A stretch of DNA of 64,000 nucleotides, taken from Tubulanus polymorphus. Its lineage: Eukaryota; Animalia; Nemertea. The stretch covers positions 24,896,150 through 24,960,149 of the forward strand of contig NC_134026.1 in the NCBI RefSeq assembly GCF_964204645.1, read 5' to 3'. The position numbers were made by a program, and so were the translations under genes. The notes under the pieces were generated by a model. That model worked only from the letters and a program-made list of their open reading frames with translations, was not told where the DNA came from and ran no database searches. Positions 1-19,652 of this stretch are shown piece after piece. The stretch's first letter is position 1, and every line of letters begins with the position of its first letter.

Positions 1-386
1 TGTTGCACCCTTGTTACAGGGTGTTACATAGCGTTACACATATTCCACTTTGACTTACACAGGGGTTTCAGACTGTTACTGCATTAGGATATTTGCATTC
101 TTTGACAGTTTCGCAAAGTAGATTATATGAGGTTACAACGCGAAAATATCCTTTTGGCTTTCCAAAAATGAAGTACGACCTAATGTTACATGTTACTTGT
201 AACTTGATGGGAAGTTAAGCATTTCTCTGTCCCATTTTAAGCCTTATATAGTGCATAGTGTCGATGGCCAGTTTCAAACTGGTCAATTCTGGGACGACAT
301 AGGCCTACTTATCTTTTCCAATTTTAACTCCCCCGCCGCCACCCTCCACCCGTTTTGCTTTAATTATTGTTGTATTTCTTTTGCAG

Positions 387-2604
387 AAAAACCACACAAA
401 GAGCTGGACTGATGACCTTCCTGTTTGTCATTTGTCAGGAGTCGGCTTTTCAACGAATCAAATTTATCGAGAGGACGGTTCACGCTGTGAAGAACACGAG
501 TTTGAAGATAAAAGCTTTCATTTTCGGTTCGTTTAGATAAACATTCATTTCACTAACACCTTATCATACTGGTACATTAATGTATGTTGAATTTGCTCAA
601 TTTTTAGGCTTGATAATGACATGTTTCTATATGGTGTATTTGATGGCCATGATGGCAGTCGTGCCTCACATTTTGCTGCTCAGCGTATACCCGCAGAAAT
701 ATTACTAGATCAACTTCATGGAAAAACAGAAGACGAAGATATTCATCATGTTTTACATCAAGCGTTCATAGCAGTTGAAAAAGGCTTCTTTGAATCTATA
801 GATGATGATCTTGCTGAGATGGCAAATCTTCAAATGCAACTACCAGAGGTGCAACAACTATACTATTCACTATTCGTCTATTATTTTCAACTTTTCTTCT
901 ATCCTTTGAATTGTATTGATATAGTTCACTATTCTACTATGCTACTCAACCTCTCTTAATATCCTTTGGAATAGTAGAATTTTTACGATCGTAACAATCC
1001 TTAGAATATTAATGGTCATTCCTTACCAATTCACAAAATATTCAACATTCTACCCTGCTCTTCTACTATTTAGAATAGCAGAATTGTAAAAATTGATTAT
1101 GTTTTGGAATAGTAGAATTATTACTGTCTACTAAATCTACTATTATAAGATCCTGTGCCAATATCCTCAGCTGGGCTTGACATTGCTATTGCTGTAGTTT
1201 TGAATTATTATGCTTCTATTTTAGGGCTTGACCCCTGAAGAACTGTATGATAAACATGGGGATATCATGAACAAAATTCAACAAATTGAAGCGGATATAT
1301 CAGGAGGCACTACAGCAGTTGTAGCGCTGGTTTATAACAATAAACTCTATGTGGCAAATGTTGGTAAGGGAAATACCATTCTAGTGGTATGAAATTGCAA
1401 TATCTTTGGGCAAAATTGAGACTGTTTTGATGTATTTTAGGAAACAGTCGAGCATTGTTGTGTAGAACGGATGCATCTGGGACCCTACGTGTCATCCAGT
1501 TAACCACTGATCATGCTATTGATAATGAAGACGAGCAATATAGACTATCTCAGCTTGGTTTGGATGTACCCGAAATTCTCAAACATGGAACATTGGGAAA
1601 TCAGATTTATACGCGATGTATTGGAGGATGTTTGAAAGTTAAAGGTGGATATAAAGAGCTTGATCTACTCAGGTAAGGATAAACATTGTGCCTCTAAAAA
1701 TCGATTGCAAATAAGTACCAGTACTTCGATTGTTTGAATATCCAATTTTAGAAATGCCTCAAGAGAACCGGTCATAGCTGAACCTGAAATTAATGGTGGA
1801 ATACCTCTAGATGAGTCGTGCCGTTGTCTGATATTAATGACTGATGGATTATACCGATCACTCGAAGATGCAACAGGCGCGGAGCATGTAAATGCTGATC
1901 TGGTTGCGATGGTAGCCGGAGAGTTCAGTGTTCAATCGACATTGAATGGTGTTGCACAAGCTGTAGTCGATAAAGTTGTTCGTTTTCATCACGATACGTA
2001 CATGATCAGTTCACAGGCAATCGAAACGAAGCAATTGTGTCAACGCCGAGATGATATTACTCTTCTAGTTCGCAACTTTAACTTTCCATTACCGAATGCC
2101 ATTCAAAGCCCTACATCGGGAAAAAATCCAATTTTGCACCTATATCCTCGAAAAGCTAGCGCCCCGGCGGTTATGAATCCAAATTCAGATGCCCATTCGG
2201 AAACTATGCCCGACCATCAAAACACTAATACAGACTCGGTCTCGTTGATGCTGCAACGTATCGGTACTAGAAGTTCTACATATACAAATACTAATACAGT
2301 GTATGGATCGACGTACACTAGTACCGGAGATTCAACCGAGAGCGGTGACGGAAATCAACCGTTTTCACGTCGGTCTCAAATCGTTACGAAGCTAGAACTC
2401 GACGAGGATGGTAAAATCGCGCCTTACGTAGACTTTACAGAATTTTACCAGGCTATCGCCGAACTCACCGAGGTTCAAAAGAAAGCGTTTCTTGAGTCAA
2501 CGCCACAATCAGAATACGCTATCGACATTATCGAGGAAGAAAATGACACGGTTTCCCCTAAAGAGCAAGAAGAAAAGAATATTAAAGCTGACAGTGAAGA
2601 CTGA
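387..2604 (+). CDS. TAB1: TAK1-binding protein 1 (PP2C fold); first exon lies upstream of the window; visible exons ~387-526, 608-848, 1225-1363, 1441-1672, 1752-2604
   Basis: The spliced translation gives SWTDDLPVCHLSGVG (TAB1 N-terminus), FLYGVFDGHDG, GGTTAVVALVYNNKLYVANVGNSRALLC, QSTLNGVAQAVVDKVVRFHHD and the C-terminal TAK1-binding PYVDFTEFY. All introns are GT-AG. Confidence 0.93.
865..1145. repeat. Degenerate ATTCTACTAT / ATAGTAGAAT repeats in both orientations in a TAB1 intron
   Basis: The motif recurs at ~931, 971, 1061, 1109 and 1135 in alternating orientation. Confidence 0.45.
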
Positions 2605-2816
2605 AGAATTTATTGTGTACACTTTGTTACACTTATTTCACTTGTAGTTTAAGGTGCTAATTCACAAAATACTAAATAAATATTTTATCAACTTAGAAGT
2701 GATGTTGTTATTTCATTTTCATAGTGGGGCAGTTTGTCACGGGTTGGAAGAAAAGCCCGCATCACTTATTGCTTCTCCCGTCTAGTGCTGCCCCCACATG
2801 GCTCCACTGTTTAAAG

Positions 2817-4069
2817 ATGGCTGACAAGAAAGATAAAAATGTAGTCGTGCCTAAAAAAATAGCTGATTTACAGCGTATTAAAGTCGAAAAGTTAATGAAA
2901 AATCCAGTGAGTGTCGTACAGAAATTATTGACACTATTCACTCCTATTAATTTGTCAAGACGATGGACTAAAGGCTTAAAATCCTACTTTTTACTGCCTT
3001 GCTCTAGCCTCTGCTTCGGCTAGGTGGCAGCACCTTCCATAATGAATTGCTTGGCTAAATATTGACATAATAGAACTCACTTAATTCAGATCATCTGGGA
3101 CTAGAAAATTTTGCCCGAATTAAACGAAATCCGAATTATGTTCTCTCAAGAAAAGAAAAACCTGGGACTGGAATGGTTTAGTCCGAAATAAGCGAAAATA
3201 GGAATAAACCCAATAGGCGATCCGAATAAGCGAGTTTTACTGAATTCTTCTTACATATTTTAGGATAAGCCTGTGGTTATACCTGAAGGTCCAAAGGAAA
3301 GAACTCCTAAGCCACCACCTGAGTTTATTCGAAATGTTTGGGGTAAGTATTTATCAATCTAAATGGATGATCTTGCAAGAATGGATGTGAAATATCATCA
3401 TTTTTTCGATGAGCCGTAGTGCTATTATTTCCTTTTTATTCAAAATAACAGGTTCAAGCGCAGGAGCTGGTAGTGGAGAGTTCCATGTCTATCGTGGAAT
3501 CCGTCGAAGAGAATATGCTCGAACTAAGTTTATAGAAGAAAAAGCAAAAAAGGTCTGTAATTGTAATTTACTACAACTTACTTATTGTGATTGTATAAAA
3601 TTTAAAACTATCTCCGTGTTGATTCTTCTTTTTACACATTTGCTTTAATAGGAAGAAGAAGATGAGGCATATTTAAAGAAAGTGGAAGAAAATAAGCGAA
3701 ATGCAGAAGAAAAAACTGCAAAGAAAAGAGCTAAAAGGTGGGACTGTACATCTTAACTAAGATTCAGCACTATGTATTGGGCCCACCTGCTACTTGATTT
3801 ACTAAAAAAAATATACAATTCTTTAGGCAGAAGAAAAAAGCAAAAATGATGGCCAATAAAAAACTTAAGAAAAATGGTAAGATCAGGATTTATTTCTAAT
3901 GCACAATTCATTCAGTTTCATCAATTATAATGCAGGGATAATTTCCTCGATTTCAGAAACACCCAGTGAACATAATGACGACAATGGCAGTGAAGTTGAC
4001 GAGTCTGATAGTTGTAACAATGAAAATGACAATCAGGAAGAAGTCAAGGATAAATCTGACCAGTCTTAA
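2817..4069 (+). CDS. PRKRIP1: PRKR-interacting protein 1 homolog; 6 exons (~2817-2906, 3264-3342, 3452-3552, 3652-3737, 3827-3876, 3957-4069)
   Basis: KVEKLMKNP|[51 protein letters not shown] is the PRKRIP1 signature, followed by an acidic tail. AATAAA at ~4124. Confidence 0.93.
3068..3242. mobile_element. Degenerate pogo/Tigger-like MITE in PRKRIP1 intron 1
   Basis: The right end TCCGAATAAGCGAGTTTTACTG (reverse complement CAGTAAAACTCGCTTATTCGGA) matches the left end TAATAGAACTCACTTAATTCAGA. Internal CCGAAT(T/A)A subrepeats. Confidence 0.55.
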
Positions 4070-4589
4070 CATTAAGCTTCATTTTGTAAATAGCTGTAAA
4101 TTTTGTACAATATACTTTCATGAAATAAATGCAAAATACAAGAAAGTTTCTTTTCCGTGTTGTTTGATCAAGGTTGTCTAATTCAGGGCAATGAGGACAA
4201 GCAGGGAATGTTTTTAATGCCTACATCATAAATCGGATAAATGAAACCACAAGCAGAGAAGCTATCTCACGACAGATCAGATAAAAAGAACATTTCTTAA
4301 TTACTGGTATATCAAACTTTATTGATTACACAATCAATGAACGCTTAAGCTGAATAATACAAAATAAAAAAATTCTTATCACAGACTGGAAAATCTCTAC
4401 ATTAAATGTACACCTTATTAGTCAACTCGGAACGAACGAGTCTGCTAATTTTCGAGCAGATCTACAAATATGGTTCGACAGAGAAACGGACCATTTAATT
4501 CTTAAATTAGCACTTCCGACGAAATTTTGCTGAATTTACGAAATTGAATGATTCAAAAGCAGCCGGTTCTATGATATGTATTGGTTGAT

Positions 4590-12033
<7,444 letters not shown>

Positions 12034-13012
12034 AACAGCAAAACGGGCAATCTCGGTAATATTTTAAGGAGGATGATAACCGGAAAAATTAAATCTTTTT
12101 TTCCTTCTTTGCCAACATCTGATCAAAAACTAAAACAATTTAAGTTGGATGGGATGGAAGGGCAGGCAAATATGTGGTCTGAATACCAGCCGATGTGCGG
12201 GGTTTGGAAGGCTAGATATTAGACAAAATCTGCTGATGGATGCTTTTGATACTAATATAATATCAATTCAATACAATGTGGAGATGGTTAGTTGCAAGTC
12301 TTGAACTTCGGATCGAACTTCGGACTACGAGACGGCACATCGCTGAGCGGATGCGGGCCTTAGCCAAAGTCAGTTTCGGTACACCCGGTCGTAGTGGTTG
12401 ATATATTATATTTAGATCCTAGTGTTAAACAATGTTAAGTTAAGATAAACTAATTCTGATAATTGTACCACGTTATTGTCCTTCGGACAAAAGAAAGTCT
12501 CGAAATGGCGCACCGGGCGGGATCCCGGCCTCCGATTCGCCACCGGCATAGGGAGTGGATTAACCATTGCTTTAATGCCTAATCATGACTTGTCTGACTT
12601 ATCACAACTAGTATCCTCATGGACAGACTGACCCTGTACGCATGATTTGATACCGCCATACTCTGACCAAAATCAAAAATTGGGATAAGAGTAAATTGGA
12701 ACATCAAGAAACGAAATTCTAATATGGACTTTCCTAAATTTACATGGTGTACCGTTTAATCTCCAGTTGAGTATCAAAATTAAAGAAAACAATTTGTTTT
12801 TTTTTTAAATTATGAGTGGTAAGCATGAAGTTTTTGGCAGAATTTCAGAGGATCGGTGCTCCAAGTAATTAAAAATGCCTCATCTCCCCTCAATTGAATC
12901 GAGGAGTTTTTAAAAAATGAAAATCTGTCTATTGACGGGATTCTGTGATAACAGTATGAATGATGAATTATCGTGAATGCATGGTATTAGTGGGTTTTCC
13001 CCCAATGACTCA

Positions 13013-13460
13013 AATAGACCGCTTTCCTCGTGCATGTGAGGTAGTTATCTCGGCCAGTTGAAACCGCCGCGTGTTCCGAAAAAATACAAATAAATTTTGA
13101 TTTTAGACAATTGAATTAGTGTTATTTCATACATTGTGATAGATGATTAAGTACGTTTAGAACAAGGAAAAATGTTAAGTCTTCAACGCGATATTTTCAA
13201 ATCGAAAGCGTAGATGTTGAACCTGACTGCGGGACGGATCTTAGACTGTCATAGGCCTACGGCAAAGGTGACAAAGCGACCACGAAGCGAATAAGGCTGA
13301 AAAGCCTTCAAAAGATCCGTCGATGCTGATGATGTTGAATTAGTAAATAAGTCGGCTTTAACGGCTTATAGGAGAATGACCCCAACGAATGGCCGGCCTG
13401 GATCCTAGAATTACCGTGAGCTAAAACGCTTTCTTGGCATTCACGAGTAAACGAGTCGTT
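13013..13460. mobile_element. Possible old non-autonomous DNA transposon with degenerate terminal inverted repeats
   Basis: The left end GACCGCTTTCCTCGTGCATG resembles the reverse complement of the right end, GACTCGTTTACTCGTGAATG. No ORF between them. Confidence 0.3.
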
Positions 13461-13823
13461 TTTCTTAAAAACATTTGTGAATTCGAGAGTTTTTCTCTGA
13501 TTTTCAGATATATAGGCCTACACGTAGCAGCATGATATTTCAAATAATGCGAAAGATATAATTCAAAATTCACCCAAACACATGAATACAATGTGACATT
13601 ACATTAATGATAATGTGGATTTCTTTCGCGTTAAATTCATTTTCCAATACTGACGAGAAGGCATATTAGAAAATAAATTTAACACGTGCACGTTTTTAAA
13701 CATCTTATAGTTCGTCAATTTACGTTTGACCAACCACAACAGAGTATGCATGCAAGGCATTGGAAAATAAATTTAACGCGAACGCTAGCTTATCAACGTT
13801 TTAGTGTTGTCAGTAATTGAATC

Positions 13824-14771
13824 ATGAATCTCACAGTGCCGATTGGCCGACCGTACAATAGTTATCAAGCTCTCATGTCAGTGGCAATCAAGTCTGGGAG
13901 CTACCGTTCGGCATCATTGGTCATTTTGTCGATCTTGTTTCTGTTGGGAGCCTTCGGAAATTCGGCTACTTTCTTAATAATGATAAGTCACAAATTCCGG
14001 AGTTTATCGTACGCTAACTATCTTGTCGTTTTGTCTGTTACTGATTCTATCCATTGCATCAATCTCGCCCTGATGCCCGTAGTACAATTTCTTCTCTTGT
14101 ACGTTGACATCGGTCCGATCTATGTGATGTATCACGTCATCGGCTGTCAAATCTACGAATTTATCACGCAACTTGCAGCATGTAATAGTTCCTGGCTAAT
14201 AGTAGCTATATCGCTAGAACGAGCGGCAGTTGTGCTCTTCCCGTTCAAGTCTCGTTTGGTATGCACACCTACATTTGCAAGATTTGCTATATTAATAATT
14301 ATTGGGATGAATACACTGATCCTATATCTTCTACCTACTGTCACTATTTATTTCCCAGACAAGTTCTTTGGATGTTACTATAATCTATTTGACCAAATCA
14401 CTATATTTCTAACATGTCTCGTCCTCGCCATTTTTCTGCCTTTGATATTGATCGTTACTTCAAATTCTGTTATAATCTTTCAGTTATTCAGGGGTTTACG
14501 CATTGTTTTGTCGGATAAAAAATCTACAAAATCAAAGCGTACAACAATAATGCTTGTAACAGTTTCACTCGCATTTGCAGTATTTACGCTTCCGACCTGC
14601 ATTACTGTTTTCTTACCAATTTCTATGAAAATAAAAACTTTGCTCTACGATATATTCAGTAAGTTCCAGGTTTGTAACTATGCAATCAATTTCTACATAT
14701 ATCTTTTACTGGGACAGGAAATTCGTGAATATTTCTGTGAAAAAATCTGTTGTAAAAATTTAGTAAAATGA
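13824..14771 (+). CDS. Intronless class A orphan/peptide-type GPCR
   Basis: 315 aa with GN in TM1, LSVTD in TM2, SSWLIVAISLER-x4-FP in TM3, FTLP in TM6 and NYAINFYIY in TM7. Confidence 0.9.
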   Translation: MNLTVPIGRPYNSYQALMSVAIKSGSYRSASLVILSILFLLGAFGNSATFLIMISHKFRSLSYANYLVVLSVTDSIHCINLALMPVVQFLLLYVDIGPIYVMYHVIGCQIYEFITQLAACNSSWLIVAISLERAAVVLFPFKSRLVCTPTFARFAILIIIGMNTLILYLLPTVTIYFPDKFFGCYYNLFDQITIFLTCLVLAIFLPLILIVTSNSVIIFQLFRGLRIVLSDKKSTKSKRTTIMLVTVSLAFAVFTLPTCITVFLPISMKIKTLLYDIFSKFQVCNYAINFYIYLLLGQEIREYFCEKICCKNLVK

Positions 14772-15497
14772 GTCTTTTTTAATTTGGATGAATCCGATCT
14801 AACTCACGCCTAATCGTTACAGAGACCGTCTGTAAAGTCTACGTTACTTCGTTCCTGCACGATAGATGATATTGTAAACTTCGGGTTTTTAGCATTACCG
14901 TTAAGAACAAGTTCTCAATTCTCAAGTCCCTACTGGTAGGATTTTTTCCATTGCTGGGTAGGTCAGTTACATTGGCATGCCTATGGTAGAGGTCTACCGT
15001 TAAACTTTCATTGGTCATTCTGCTGATACTTTTGCAATAACCTTCGGAATTCAGTAACTCTCCAAAGAAAACTGATCAGATTCGGCGACCGTTATCTTAT
15101 CCTTATGTCAGTCATATGTTGAACATCAAATTTGCCAGTTTTTTTAATGCTTCGACTTAGCAATTGTTAAATCCGATGTCATTCTCTTCGCACTGCGTCG
15201 ATTTCCGATTGCGTACAGATCGAACCCTTTTAAAGAAACCAGATTGTGTTTGCGCTGGAAACCGACAAATTCCTCCCACGAGCTCATATAAATGTCATCT
15301 TCTTGGAGGTCAACAGGGGTTACATGTAGAATTTATATTCATGAAAAGATGAATAGATAAATCGTAGATACAAGGACAACTGGAATCTAATTTGAGCGTG
15401 TTTTATTATAAAATGAAATAAGATATAATCTCTATACAAAATATAGAATATCAACACAATAACAAATCCTTTAAAAATAAGTTTGATGACAGTTTTC

Positions 15498-18400
15498 TCA
15501 TGGTCCATAATAACGTTCAGTCTTTAGACTTTTACTCTCTAAGCAATCATAAGCCCATCGTTCAGTCACTAGATGAAACATCTTCTCACGGGACTTTGAT
15601 AGATTTCTTAGTTCGTGCACTCTTTCGGTATCACTGAAAAAATCCAAACAATAAACAATGCGACTATATGCTATATGCTTAGGGTAACTTATGAATACTG
15701 CGCTCTTTGATAGCGAACATTTACCCAGAATCTACAACAACATGAGATACTTTTTCATCTATTGAATCCACCACAGTAGCACCATACGATCTTATTTCTA
15801 GTCCAAGAAGATCGAGACTCGAATCCTTAATGTGAGTTGTACTATCACCAATTACCAGGTTGTTGTCCAAATATACTCTACAAATACAATAATTTGACAA
15901 ATGTGTGAAGGATTCTACTGATAGGTTCTCGATCTCCAATGGACACATATTTTTCTTACCTGCACAATCGAAATAATCCAAACTCTGATTCGTTTGGAAA
16001 ATATTCCATTTCAAACGAAGCAATCATTTCAGAATTAACTTTCTCTGTGTTATCCTGGAAAAGAAAAACACCACAGAGTGTTATTCTCTTATATTGTTCA
16101 TGACTCTGGCCTGCAGTTATTCATGATTAATGGGAATACATTACCTGTTCACTGATTTCTTTAAAAACAATTTCCAGCTGTTCAGCAGAAGTGTCATCGA
16201 AGAAGCTGTCTCCATACTTGTCATAATCAAGAGCAAATTGCGCTTTAGTTTTTGCAGAAGTGAAAATCATATCTAAAGGTGTCCTGCAAGAATGGGTACT
16301 GTTACATATTGCTAATCATTCAAAGCAATATTCCACAGTAAAATATATTTTCTATTACCAGGGTATGAATCTTTTAGCTCCATCACATCTGGCCAGCCAA
16401 GATGCTTTGACAACATCGTAGCAGCCTGTCTTGATGAAATTGTTAACTTTAACAACAACCTTTTCAGCCACAATGCAATAAGTACTTTTTACATCTGAAT
16501 CATTAGAAAAAGAAAAGGATATACATGCATAAATGAGTCAGAAAGTAAGAATAAATTGTGAGGATTTCAAAATGAATGACTATGTGTACATATACCAGGA
16601 TTTTGAACAATTTCCCCTCCAAATTTTACAACTGCCTTTTCAAGGTCAGCTTTTGTGTGAGCTGTTGAACCATTTACAATGCAGAACTCTTTACCAGCAA
16701 ACATCTCAGAAACCTACAGCATAAAGCAGTGATTACATTAAATACAGTAATAAAATACGTTCAGCTTTTACTTTCAGAATTCTTCAAATACCTGTAGAAC
16801 AGTGGATGTATCAGTGGCCCTAAACTGGACTGCCACAGTTGGCTTCGCTGAGCGTTGGATAACCCTACGCTTTTTCTTACTTGGTTCTTCCTCTTCAATA
16901 CCAGCATAGTGAGCGGCCAATTTACCTTCTGATTTCTTAATAAGCAACAATTTAAAAGTCATATAAACTAGGCCTACGCGTAACTCCGAACAACATTCAA
17001 GAATTCTAAAATTGAAATGATTCCAGCACAAACCTTTCGCAACTGTTCAATATCATCAGTTGTCATGCAGTCATACCATTTTTTATCAGAGCGGATCTTT
17101 TCAACTCTTGGAAATCTTAATGTGCACTTTGTTTTAAACCTCTCACTGTCAATCACCTCAGCCGCTTTCACCTGAGTAATCAAAAACAGAGGCTGCCCGA
17201 TTATTCCATTTATCAGATACAGGTAATAGTAGTTCATAGAAATATCTTTCTACTTACTTGCAATATATATGATTTTGAAGGTTCAATCCACAAGTCGGGT
17301 TTTTCTTTAAAGCCTGATGCCAATATGATAGAAGTTGGTGGGTTCTTTTTATCGAAAACCTGCAAGTGATTTGCCAATGACCGGTTAAATTCATACAACT
17401 CTCTTCGTGTGTAGCCAGTTCCAACCTAAAATGAGTACCGTATTCCAATCGAGTATAGAGCCTTATCATTTGTAACCAATAATCATAAGCATATATTCCA
17501 ATGGCATACCTTACAAAAAGAGTGAAACACAGTTGGTTTGCTTTGACCAGCAGCAGGAGGAATAGCAGCTGCCAACAGAAAATGTGACATCATACCAGAT
17601 CTATGTCCACCTCCAAAATATCCTCCAACCACCACCAAATCTAACTCATCCATTAAACCACCTACGTACTCGGGTTTTATTTTAAACCAGCCTCCTCTTC
17701 GAGTATTTGGTTTGTATATGGAGTTTATACTTTTGATCATGATGCCCTCTTCACGGTTGTCAATTGCTTCATTCAAAGCATCAGCGCAGTCCTGTCTAAT
17801 AGAGAGAACATCCATTCATATCAGCATGTTAATGCCAATAAAACTGTTTCAAACACCTATCCCGTAAGCTTCATTTACCTTGTTTTGGCGATTTTCCTTT
17901 CAGACAGAAATATCCTGCCTTCGATTGGATTTATAACTTCCTTCAATATATCTGTTCTTTCACTGAGAGGCTTGTTTGAAAGGACCTCTCCGTTCAAATA
18001 AAGGATGTCAAAAATTGCAAGGCATGGCTGATAATCCTTTATATCTTTGGATTTGATGTCGAAGTTTTCACCTTTTGATCCTGTTATATTAATACATTAC
18101 ATAATCAACTATTATGAGGCAGTAAACCAAGCAGAAATCATTGAAATGTAAACTGACCTAATGTTTTGGTTTCTGCATTGTAACCCAACATCTCTCCATC
18201 CAGAATACATGCTTTCACATTTGGGAGGAATGCAGAATGTACGTACGGCGTAAAATTTCCATCATATGGAGATGAACCATAGGTAGCTGTATACTCATTA
18301 CCCCTAAAGTAATTTTGATTCATGATTGAAAAATAGCCACAAGAAAATTCCTATTTACTCAATTCTGGAGCAGTGCATTAATCTTTAGGCAAATTTGACA

Positions 18401-19652
18401 ATCTAATTCACCTACCCTCTAGAGAAATACTTGTATATTGCATCATCTTTATGAAGTTGCATTCTTTCACCATCATATTTGGTTTCAACATAGAATTCTT
18501 TGTTATCCATTAACTTTTCAACCTTACTGGGAGCGCCGCGTTCACCAAGCATTGGACGAAATGGTGAGAACATGCTTATTCCTATTTCATGAAGTCGAAC
18601 TGCCGGATTCTTTAATTGAACTGCCACCTACATCAGTAGAGGATAAATGATTGAAAATGCTGAATAACAAAAATAGCATATAACTTACATATATCATTAC
18701 ATACGCGTAAATCATACCTTCTCTAAACTGTTTGTAACATTATATAAATCTTCAGCATCTTCATGATAAACGCTAAACACTGTCTGTTGACTTATTCCAC
18801 ACTTCAGTTCTTTCATTATCATACGAATTAACCATTTCTGTTCTAAGGCCGATGATTCTTTCAGAAGTTTGAGAATGTGTTTTCGTACGGCATCTTTATT
18901 CTTTTTCGCATTGCCACTTGCAATTCCATTCAGACACTCGTTGACATCTTCTATCGTCAACTTTCCTTTGTCAGGACAACGGTTTTTCAAAACAAAATAT
19001 GCAACGCTTGCGAAATCCCCTCCAGCCTATTGAATTAAAGATTGTTCCGGTAGTTTAAGAATCATAATCTACTATGAGCCCTACAGAATAGCACTATGGC
19101 ACAGTTTTAGCTTACCCCTTTAGCAACTTTTGGGGCTTTGTAATTCAGTAACTTTTGAGCATCTGGACTTTCCTTATTCAAACACAGCACTTCAATGAAT
19201 AATCTTGCTAAAGTATTCTATAAGTGTTGAAAATATGTATGTCACACATATACACCGAAAAAATTCTAATCTATTAGACGATATGAATTTCTATATAAAT
19301 ACTTCTTTGATTCCATAAGCAACACGCTCTTTTTCCAGCTGAGGTAACAGTAATCGCAAAGCCGGAAAAAATGAATCAGCCTACAAATGAAAGCAATTAG
19401 GACAATAGTAAATCTTGAATAAGGGGCCTACACGATGAGAAAGAGTAATTCAAAGATACACACCGTATTAGGATTATCAGCATGCAATTTATCATGAAAC
19501 GATCGCCATTTCACTACAAATTCTTTTAGGATGGATCGCCTTGTTTCCAAAGTTCTTCGGCCACTCAAACGTTCTATCCTTTCCAGCAAACCAGCAAGTT
19601 CAGAAAATGGAACCTTTGATGCCACACTTAATGTAGAGCCTGATGTACTCAT
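15498..19652 (-). CDS. LIG4: DNA ligase IV; ~17 coding exons
   Basis: N-terminal [16 protein letters not shown] adenylation motif, [41 protein letters not shown], and two BRCT repeats flanking an XRCC4-interaction-like segment ([19 protein letters not shown]). TGA at 15498-15500. Confidence 0.96.

Noticed and set aside
1-200. Repeated TGTTAC(A) motifs at the window start
   Set aside because: Short and irregular within presumed TAB1 intron 1, and truncated by the window edge, so no element can be defined.
12302-12325. GAACTTCGGA direct repeat considered as a CRISPR-like array
   Set aside because: Only two 10 nt copies with no spacers, in a eukaryotic context.
15144-15325. Minus-strand frame VTPVDLQEDDIYMSSWEEFVGFQRKHNL.. 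downstream of LIG4
   Set aside because: No usable splice acceptor or recognisable homology; probably chance.
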